From Chrysomallon squamiferum (Eukaryota > Animalia > Mollusca), in NCBI GenBank assembly GCA_012295275.1, contig CM022666.1:4092001-4156000 (forward strand): DNA of 64,000 bases, given 5' to 3'. Under the pieces are notes generated by a model. It was not told the origin of the DNA and made no database searches. It saw nothing but the letters and a program-made list of their open reading frames with translations. Positions 15,969 to 27,763 of this stretch are shown here, one piece after another (position 1 is the stretch's first letter; each line of letters begins with the position of its first letter). The position numbers were made by a program, and so were the translations under genes.

Positions 15969-17238
15969 TTATTTATTTATTTTTCAGTTTGGGTCCAAAA
16001 GTTCGTTTGGCAAACCTGCTATGTTGGGCGCCGGTTTGCGGTTACCCCCACCTAGACTGGCAATCAATGGAAGCTTCAAATCACTGAACAAAATGGAAAA
16101 AGAATTCAGCCCAATAAACAAAGCCCCACCCATCAAAGGGAAAAAAACAGCAGAGGTTGCACCCATTACAGAGGTTGAAATTAAAATAGAGGTTAGTTTA
16201 TTATTGTTGTTGTTGTTACTGATGTTGTTATTATTTTTATTATTACTGTTCATATGGTCATTGTTATTATTACTGTTGTTGTCATTGTTGTTGTTATTAT
16301 TGGCATTGTTCTTCTTGTTATTATTATTATTATATTATTATTATTATTATTTTAATTTTGTTTTTACATTTTTAATTATTTCTATTTTTTATATTTGTTT
16401 GAAATTTTTTTTTTATATTTATTTTTTTTATTATTATTTTTTTATTTTTTTATTTAATTTAGCTTATCAAGTTTCAAATTTTATCCATTTATTATTATTA
16501 TTATTATAACATTTTTTACTTTTATTTTTATTTTTGTTTTGATTTGATTTGGTTATTATTATTATCATCATCTTCATCATTAAAAGTGTACTGAGTAAAT
16601 TAACAAACATTTTTTCTTTCCAGAGACAAACAAAATTATTTCCATCGTGAAACAAAATTATTTCTTCTGTCATGAAACAAAATTATTTCTTCTTTCGTGA
16701 AACAAAATTATTTCATCTCTCATGAAACAAAACTATTTCTTCCATCATCAAACAAAACTATTTCTTCCATCCATCATGAAACAAAACTATTTCTTCCATC
16801 ATGAAACAAAATTATTTCTTCCATCACGAAACAAAACTATTTCTTCTTTTTTCCCTTCTTCCATTCAGGAACTTGACGAAGAGGAGCTGGCAGAGCTAAC
16901 AGACATGGCAGTGAGCATGTCTGACGAGCTCGACTTCAAAGACGATGGATACATCGAGCTCGTGTTACGTGTCCTCGGACTCATGTGCGACAACCAACAC
17001 AAAGGTCTGCAGAACTACCTGCGAGAACAGCCTGACAATATCAAGTCTGTCAACCTGGTTGCCGAGACGACGCGCTTTCTGAACATTCTGTACTCCAGCG
17101 TGACGGATAAAACCATTCCTCTGATCATCCAGCTGTTTCAGACCCTGGTGGAGTACACATCTGTAAGTGAAAGTGAAAGTGAAAGTAAAAGTGAAAGTTA
17201 GTTGAGTAGGAGACATTTTGTGAAATAGATCATGAAAG

Positions 17239-17271
<33 letters not shown>

Positions 17272-18413
17272 AAGTTAGTTGTGTAGGAGACAGTTTGTAA
17301 GATAGATCATGAAAGTAAAAGTGAAGGAGACATTTGTAAAATAGATCATGAAAGTGAAAGTGAAAGTTACTTGTGTAGGAGACATTTTGTAAAATATATC
17401 TTGAAAGTAAAAGTGAAAGTTACTTGTGTAGGAGACATTTTGTAAAATAGATCATGAAAGTAAAAGTGAAAGTTACTTGTGTAGGTGACATTTTGTAAAA
17501 TAGATCATGAAAGTAAAAGTGAAAGTTACTTGTGTAGGTGATATTTGTAAAATAGAAAGTAGAATGTGAAAGTGAAAATTACTCCAGACTGATCTGCAAG
17601 TCTATATGTAGAATATAAAATATGAAAAAGAAAATACAATGTCACAATGACAGTTACTTCTGTAAGAAGAATATAAAATAAGAAAGTAAAACTTACAAGT
17701 TGATACATTTTTTTTTATCTTTCTTTTTCTTTTTCTCACATTCCTCCATCTGTCAGTTTCACTGTCTATTCTCATGTTGTCATTAATAACCCTGTCTATT
17801 TTTTAATTTCTCACCCTCTCTGTGTCTCTATATAAACGAAATAAAATAAAGGATTAAAAGATTAAATAGTAAATAAATATCTAAATAAAAAAAAAAAAAA
17901 AAAAATAAGTAGATAAATAAATAAATAAATAATTAAATAAATAAAAAATGAAATAAATAAGTAAATAAATAAATAAATAAATAAATGAAAAAATAAAAAA
18001 ATAAAATAAAATAAATAAATAAAGAAAATATAAAAAGGCAAAGAAAATAAACAAAGAAAATAACAAATTAATAAAACTGGTGTTGATGAACGCAACTCTT
18101 CTTTGTTATTTAGGGCAACTTCCAGAATCAAGCCATTGTGTTTGAGAACAAGATCTGTGAGTACATCAACCACATCCTCAGAGCTGGACACTTCAAGGGA
18201 TGCACCCAGGAAGATGTGTACAGCTTGAAAAAAGCCATAGCAACTCTGATCAGGTCTTTGTGCGAGGAAAACCCACATGATATTAAAGATGACGATTTCG
18301 TCCTTGCCAAGGTAAAAACACGATGGTTTTCTTTTTTCATAGAGTAAATTATTTTGGTGAAAATATAAAAAAAAAAATAAAAAAAAAAATTTTTTTTTTT
18401 TTAATATCCTTGA

Positions 18414-18465
<52 letters not shown>

Positions 18466-18765
18466 TTATAATTCTTCAAAATTAATGAATGATTTTATTG
18501 CCAGAAAGAAAATTTAAAAATAATATTTATTACCTTTTGTAAAAAGACAAATGTTTTATTCTTTAGGTTTATTTAAATCTTTTTATTGATATATTTTCAT
18601 TATTATTATTATTATTAGTCAAAATTATTATTATTATTATTATTATTATTTTATATGATGATGATTGATGATATAATGATAATAATATTATTAACAATTA
18701 ATAATATTATACTAATAATTAATGATATTAATAATAATAATAATAATAATTATTATTATTATTGT

Positions 18766-18798
<33 letters not shown>

Positions 18799-19338
18799 TA
18801 TTATTATTATTGTTGTTGTTGTTGTTGTTGTTGTCATCATCACTATTACTACATACCATATTATAACACACAGGAGGTTTTGGAATACATCGACAGTGAT
18901 GCTTTGGTATTGGTCATGACAACAGCGTACCAGCATATGAAGGTGAAACTTTACTTTTATCTTATTTTGGTATTTAATAAATGTAATATGATTTATGATT
19001 TACCTACAGACAAAGTACATCTAACACAAGTATTTGCAATTAAATAACAGAAATATCTTTTGTCACAGAATTGTGTAATCATTGTAGATGTTCTACATTA
19101 TTTGTAATAAGTGTAATAGTCAGGATGGCAGTATTTAGAGAGTTTTATGAAGTGGAATGTTTTAAAGACTGTTTTGTATAACCTTTCTTTGTTTGCACTT
19201 GCAGGAGACTAACTGCATAGACTCTATAATAGCTGATGTGGGGTTTCAGTACTATCAGATCCTGTGTAGGAAAATAGACCTCAGTACCCATGTCACACTA
19301 CAGAGTGAGTCTGCCATTTAATACACGTTCTTGTGTGC

Positions 19339-19397
<59 letters not shown>

Positions 19398-19605
19398 CTG
19401 TGTATGTGTGTGTGTGTGTGTGACTGTGGTGTGTATGTATCTGTGTATGTGTGTGTCTGTGTGTGTGTAACTGTGTCTGTGTAACTGTGTCTGTGTATCT
19501 GTGTGTGTGTGTGTCTGTGTGTCTGTGTGTGTGTATGTATCTGTGTATGTGTGTGTGTCTCTGTGTGTGTAACTGTGTGTGTGTATTTGTGTGTGTGTGT
19601 ATGTA

Positions 19606-19641
<36 letters not shown>

Positions 19642-21248
19642 TGTGTGTGTGTTTGTATGTTAAGCAATGCTTGGGTTGGTGTGTGTATATCTGTGTACAT
19701 GCATGTGTTTATGTGTATGAGTGTGTATGTTTGGGCATTCCTGAGTTTGCATTGGTGTGTGTGTGTGTGTGTGTTTGTGGGTATGTGTGTGTTTATTTTA
19801 TTTTGTTTCATTATTTATTTATTTACTTATTATTATTATTATTATTTATTCTTTTGTTTTTAATTATTTTATTCATATTTGATTTTTTAGTTTATTTTAA
19901 ATACATTACATTACATTACATTACATTACATTATTTATAATTTTGTTTTTTCACAGGTCTGATCAAAACAGCAGAAGATGATGAGGCCTGGCAGTATTTT
20001 GCTGAATATACTCTCTCCATTGAAATCATCAAAGATGACGTCCTGCAAAAAATATACTTCCGAGTGAAAGACAAGGTATGTACTGCTCTGTCAGTGTAGA
20101 TTGTATTCAGTACCAGTTTAGTTAAAAAGGAGATTTGTATTGTTACTGAATAATCTGTGTGACTGAGTGAATGCGGCAAAAATATGATTTGGCAAAAATA
20201 TCATTCTGAGTGAAGAACATGGTATGTGGTGCCTTGTTAGAAATCTTTAATGTGTATGTTTTAATAAATTTCAGGTTGATTGAAAAGACTAATAAGAGAG
20301 GAATATGGTTACTGAATAATTTGTCTGGTTGTGTTTGTGATGTTTGTTATAATGTTGTGTTTTTAAACCACTATAACTGACTTAAAATATGAATATCATT
20401 TTATAGTAAATGTTTTGATGTGAAGCCACATAAAATGATGTTTGTTAATGATTACTTGTTTAATGAAAACTCATGCATTTAAACTTTGTTAAATAAACTA
20501 GATAAATGAGAAACAGAATTAGAAAATCACATCAGTTTTAGAAAAATATTCTGTTCTTACAAAACCTAGATACAGAAAGAAAGCTGCAAAACATCCAAAA
20601 ATATTTTTAAAAATTAAGAAAAATTAAAAATCTTTCCTCCACAGAATGTTTTGAGAGAAGAGATCAAGGATAAATTCAAGTACGAAGTGGACAGATCATC
20701 GCCTAGCAACAAGCTGCGAGACTTCATGGACTGGTCCAATGACATCATTGATGACATCAAATACCAGAGAAAACTGCACTCCAATCCATTATCACGTTTC
20801 TTTGTGCAAGCTTGGTATGTCTAACTTGTTCTGTTTTATGTTTCAAAATTTCCTCTGTTTTTAAAATCTATTTTATTTTGTATTTTTGTTCCTGTAAATA
20901 TTTAGTTATAGTTTAGTACACCAATGCCATATACCAAAAAAGAAAGATATAGTGGTAAAAAAAAAAAAAAAAAAAAAAATAAAAATAATAATAATAAAAA
21001 GTAATATAAAAATGTAACAAAAAGAAAGAAGAAAAACAAAATGATTTAATAATTTTATTGAATACAGTTGAAGCAGTTTTCTTGGGCCTAAGAAACAACA
21101 TCAGTAAATACATCCACTGAAAAACTTTTTTTTTTTTTTTTCCCATTCCACTCGGGGTTCTAGGTTTAATATGAAGTTCTCATATTTAAAAAAAAAAAAA
21201 ATTATCCACCTGTGTATCTGACTATTCATCTGAAATTATAATAATAAT

Positions 21249-21301
<53 letters not shown>

Positions 21302-24300
21302 TATATATATATATATTTAATTTTTAGGTGGTGGCTCAATCCACTTGTATTGTTAGTTACCCTGGCCATAACTCTCCTGGTTTTAGTAACTTGGACTGAG
21401 AACCCCAATGCTATTACTGAGTGAGTATTTTAATGTACACTTTTATATACTTCTATAATGTAATTTCACTGAAAATGTAGAAATATAGGCAAATAATTTT
21501 TTATTATTTTTTTTTTTTTTAAAGAAAGAATGGAAATTGTGTGTGTGTTGTATATTTTTCTGTTTATGTATATAACTGTGCATTTATATGTATGTGTGTG
21601 CTTATACATACATGTGTGCATGTGTGTGTATGCTTATATATATGTGTATTTATTATACAGTTTTATTCATGGATGAATGGATGTATACAAATTATGTTGG
21701 ACAAAAGTGCAGTCAACTGTAACCTTTAGAAAACATTTTAAATTTCAATATTTTTATACACCAAAATTCTAAATTTCTAAGTTTTAAAATATCAAATTTC
21801 TATATTTTAATATATCAAATATCTATATATTTATATACAAAATGCTGTATTTTAATATATATTGTATATACACAGTATATTTTAATATATCAAATATCTG
21901 TATTTTAATATATCAAATATCTATATATTAATATACCAAATGCTGTATTTTAATATATATTGTATATACACAGTATATTTTAATATATGAAATATCTGTA
22001 TTTTAATATATCAAATATCTGTATTTTAATATATCAAATATCTATATATTAATATACCAAGCTGCTGTATTTTAATATACATAGTATATACACAGTATAT
22101 TTTAATATATCAAATATATGTATTTTAATATACCAAATATCTATATATTAACATACCAAATTGCTGTATTTTAATATATCACATTTCTGTAATTTAATAT
22201 ATATAGTATATTTTAAATATCTATATATCTATATACTAATATACAGAACTGCTATATTTTAATACATAGAGTATATACATAGTATATTTTAATATATGAA
22301 TTATCTATATTTTAATATACCAAACTGCTGTATTTTAATATATATAGTATATACATAGTATATTTTAATATACCAAGTATCTATATATTAATATACCAAA
22401 CTGCTGTATTTTAATATATATAGTATATACATAGTTTATTTTGATATACCAAGTATCTATATATTAATATACCAAACTGCTGTATTTTAATATATATAGT
22501 ATATACATAGTTTATTTTGATATACCAAGTATCTATATATTAATATACCAAACTGCTGTATTTTAATATATATAGTATATATGAAATATCTATATAAAAT
22601 GTCTATACATCTATATATTAACAAACCACGCTGCTGTATTTTAATATATATAGTATATACATAGTATATTTTAATATATCACGTTTGTGTATTTTAACAT
22701 ATCACGATTGTGTATTTTTCTCCAGCCCTGTTCCTGTGCAGACCGACTGGCCTGGTGCTGTGGTTGCTGTGTACGTCCTCGGTGGCATTCACAATCTCCT
22801 CTGTCTCTTCATCCTCATCAGCTACTTCCTCTCCAACCATCCCTTGCTGCCTGGCATGAAAAACATTAAAAAGTGGTTCAGGTAATTTGCATATTTGTTA
22901 CAAATTTTTAATTTTTAAAATTTATTTGATAGCTTATTGTTATTATTTCATATTGTGACTATTATATCAAATTTGTGTTTGTTTTTAATATAAAAATGAA
23001 ATCATAATTTGTATTTGTATTTTATATATATTATGGGTTTTTAACTTATATAAGTTATATTATTGTACTTAATGAGATCTATTATGGATATGTAATTATA
23101 ATTATTATCTGTTAAATGTTCTTAATTCTTTAATGCTTTTACAACAGTAATAAATTAATATGATTTTTATTACTTGGATATATTTTAAATACTGTTTTTA
23201 TTATTTTTATTTTTATTTTTATCAGTCTTTAATTCATAAATTGACTGCTATAATCTTCATATCTTTTAAATCTTGTTCTAAGTTTTAATGATTCTAATAT
23301 GGTAATGATAACTGTTTTTGAAAAGTATATTAAGCATTGATTTTAACCATTTTAATGAAATGTTATTGAACTGAAACTGACTGTAAAGCACTAAGTCATT
23401 AATTATTTATTTTTATTTCGTTTTCAAAGAAGTTTAAAGCCAGGCAAACAAAAGCATGATGATAATGATGATGATGATCATGAGGAGAAAAAAGGAGGCC
23501 ATCTTAATGTCAACTTCTTTGGGTTTCTTACTTTCTACTACATTGTATGTGCATTTTGTTTTCATTTAATTAATTGTTATTAATTTAGTTCTGTCTTTCA
23601 TTCAGTGGTTGTTATTGTTAATATTATTATCATAAAAATCATAATCCTTACTGCTGCCTTCATCATCGTTTTTATATATTTGTTACTGTTACAGAACAAC
23701 ATTTACTTGTCTGTTTCACATACTGTGAACTGGAAGAAATCCCATTCATTGTAATCCCAAATGCTCCTAATCCTGAATGCAGAAATTCCCAAAAGCCAGC
23801 AACCTTGCAAAAATAAAAATATTAAAAAAAATATATAAAAATTTATTTTTAAAAATCTCATGCAAAATGATGAGGAAGGGTTGGAATAAATTTAGGATGT
23901 GATTTATTTTAATTTAAAAAAAAAAAAAATTGATTTGGTCTTTTCAAGATTTTGTTATTTGGGTTCGTGGATGTTTTTGATTTTTAGACTTTCGGGATCT
24001 TCACCAAACTGCAACATGTTGTGTATTTTTTTCAGAGCTTTATGGCTTTCTCTGTGTGTGGCACAGCTTTCTACGGCTACTTCTTCTCTATGCATCTCCT
24101 CCACATGGCCATGATGAACCAGCTTCTCAAAAGAGTCATTCAGGCTGTCACAAGAAATGGCAAGTTGAAAAACAGAATTTTATGACATAAATTATTACTG
24201 TTTAGTTTTATTAATTTTAATTTAATAACCGATACATGGATTTATGAATTTTAGCAAATAATTAATGTAAGATTTCATTCATTTGAAGTATTTCTAATAA

Positions 24301-24965
24301 CAAATATGTAATTTTATTTAATTATTGACTAATAATTTTATTTTAATTTTAGTGAACTGTGTCATAACATATATCTGATTTTATTCTTGATATGGGTTAC
24401 TGTTGATTTATATTATCTAATTTTAACAGATTAAACATAGATGATTATGTTTAATTCCAGTCCAGCCTTAATCATATATGATTACATTTAATTTTACAAT
24501 GGCTAAACATTTTAACATTAGTATACATATACACAAATTCTTATTCACATTCCTAAATATGCACAAAATATAAAACATATTTATATAACTGACTTGTAGA
24601 TTTGTAACTTATTTCACTAATCTTAAAGTCATGGCCTATGTAATGACAAAATTCATTTAATGAATATAATTAAATTTTTATTTATTATTATTATTATTTT
24701 TTTTTTTTTCCAATTTCAGGCTGGTCTCTCATTTTGGTTGGAGTGTTTGGTCTGGCTGTTATGTACATATTCTCCTTGGCTGCATTTGCATTCTTCAGAG
24801 AGATTTTAGACTCCAATGAAGGTCGACAATGCAGAACTGCATATGAGTGTCTGACAACCATGATTCATCATGGATTGGTTGAAGGAATCTACAGTGTATG
24901 TGCTTTTTATTTCTAGCAGTAGTTAGAAGTTGGAGTAGTTGTAGTAGCAATACTAGTAGTAGTAA

Positions 24966-25003
<38 letters not shown>

Positions 25004-25889
25004 TATTTAGAAGTATTAGTAGTATTAATACTAGCAGTAGTAGTTGTATGAATATCTTTTGAAGTATTAATAGTATTAATAGTAGTAGTAGTAGTAGTAG
25101 TTGTATCAATATATTTAGAAGTATTAATAATATTAATAGTAGTAGCAGAAAATGTGGTAGAAGTAATAACAATAGTTGTAATAGTAACTGTAGTAGGAGC
25201 AGTATTATTATTATTAATAGTAGCAGTAGTAGTAGTAGTAGTAGTAGTTGTTGTTGTTCTAACGGTAAAGTAGAAATAGTAATGATATTAGTAGTAGTAC
25301 TTGTAACTGTAGTAATCATAGCTGTAAAGGTAATAACAGTATTAACTGTAATTGTAGCAGTAATAGTAACAGTTGTAATAGCAACAGGAGCAGTTAAAAT
25401 AACATTACTATTAATATGTATATTTTGTTTTTTAACAGTCATTTGAAGTAAAACTGACAGGCAAGAGTTATCTGTACACACTGGGTGTGGCAGCTTTTGA
25501 CACCATCTTCTTCATCATCATCACAACCATCGGCCTCAACATCATCTTCGGTATCATCGTGGACACATTCTCAGAATTGAGAGACTCAAAGGTAACCATG
25601 AAAAGTTAATAACTTATGTAATGAAATTTTCAAATAATATTTCTGTTCCTTTATGAATATGTGAATGAGTAACTCTTCTTCCAAGATATTTTCTCATGCA
25701 TTGGTGTTTGTGTTGTGTGTGTGTGTGTGTTAATGTGCATTTCATGCCAGCTTCTGCTTCATACATGGAATATAAAGAATGTGATGTCCTTTCTGTTCAA
25801 ACAAATGATTCCATGAAGTGATGATAACTGTTTATTTTGAATTGTGTCATCAGTTGTTAAAGACATATTTATTAATTAATTTTTTGTAT

Positions 25890-25939
<50 letters not shown>

Positions 25940-27552
25940 TTAAATTTCAGTGTATATGTGGAATCATGGATGGGTCCAGTAGTTTCATGTCTATACAGAA
26001 TCACTTGTGTAAATATACACTTTTTTCTTATTTTAAGGCTTATATATGACTTATTGGTATGACTTATGTCTTAATTCTATTTCAGTGGCAAATTGACAAT
26101 GATATGAAGACAACATGTTTCATTTGTAGCAGAGAAAGCTACGACTTTGAAAGACAGGCTGGTGTAAGTATTACTGAAATGCAAAAACAAATTTTTAAAA
26201 TGTGAGCACTGGAATATATGTAAATTCATTCAAACATGTAAAACTGTGCACAAATAACAAACAGTTAATCTTTTACCTTAGTACTGTGCTGGGTATTGAA
26301 CTTACAGTTTGCCTTGATGATAATAATCACTCATAACCAACCATTAACATATATATCAGATTTCAAACAAAAATGGTATCAAACTGGACAAAAGATCAGG
26401 CATATGACACGAAAAGTTGTAGACATGTTTTGTAATGTCACAAAAGGAGACAATTATTTTGTTGCCATCTAAGTAGAAACTGTATATGTTTCATTAAAGA
26501 AAAAAGGTATTACAAAAGATTTCAGCTTGTGGTTTTATTACTGAGATACTGATGTTTACTGAGCATAGCTGATAAGCTAGTGATTGATACAACAAATATG
26601 TCATGCTCTGCCTATGCATGTAGTTTTAAAATCTGCTGAAGAATAGGGGAGTCCTTGGACTGGTGTAGAACGGTTTTCTTTTACCTTGGTATTTTTATCT
26701 GTTTTGTTTTTTTAGTTTTTAATGAGAATTGTCCATTATCTGTTTTGTTTTGGGATTCTTTTTTAGTTGAGAATTGTCCATTGACTATTGATTACTACAA
26801 AATAAAAAAAAATCATTAATGCAGGAATTCTTTTGTTTTTCAGTTTACCAATACTACAAAATCACGCACCTTTTTAATCATTAATGCAGAGAATGTGTTG
26901 TCTTAAATTTCAGTTTTTCTTTCATTACCAATACTACAAAATCACGCACCTTTTTAATCATTAATGCAGAGAATGTGTTGTCTTAAATTTCAGTTTTTCT
27001 TTCATTACCAATACTACAAAATCACGCACCTTTTTAATCATTAATACAGAGAATGTGTTGTCTTAAATTTCAGTTTTTGAATTCATTGTATGAAAAAGCA
27101 CTATACAGATTCACATATTCCATGTGTATAACCTTTATGTAATACTGTAAGACAATCATTCAAGGTGCCCCAGCCTTGACAGTGTTTGTGATCTGGGGAT
27201 AATAAATATAACAAAAAAAAGAGATGGTTTTGTTAAATAAATCTCTTATTTGCTGTTTCGCAGGGTTTCGAACGGCATGTGAAAAAGGAACACAACCAGT
27301 GGGCTTATTTGTTCTTCTTCATTCATCTGGATGAGACGAGACCCAATGATTATTCAGCCTTGGAGCTTCATGTATTCCAGTTGGTGAGCTCCTCTGCTTT
27401 TTAACAAATGAGATAATATTGTGTGCTTATTTCAATTGTGCTCTTATCAGAACCATTGCCAGTAAACATAAATATCATTAACAGAAGATCTGCATATATA
27501 TATATGTTTTTTTTTTTTAAATTCATAAAACTGGTACTTTTTATTATCATCA

Positions 27553-27585
<33 letters not shown>

Positions 27586-27729
27586 TATTATTACTATTAT
27601 TATTATTAATATTATCATTATTATTATTATTTTAGTTATATTTATTATTATTACATTTATTATGATTATTGTTAGTTATTATTATTATTATTATTATTAT
27701 TCTGAATTTTTTTATTATCATTACTGTTA

Positions 27730-27763
<34 letters not shown>

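Noticed and set aside
16625-17580. Repeat arrays as possible CRISPR arrays
   Set aside because: Eukaryotic introns; no unique spacers and no cas genes.
23750-24000. Possible decayed MITE (ATCCCAAA... / ...TTTCGGGAT)
   Set aside because: Termini and TSD too degraded to support a call.
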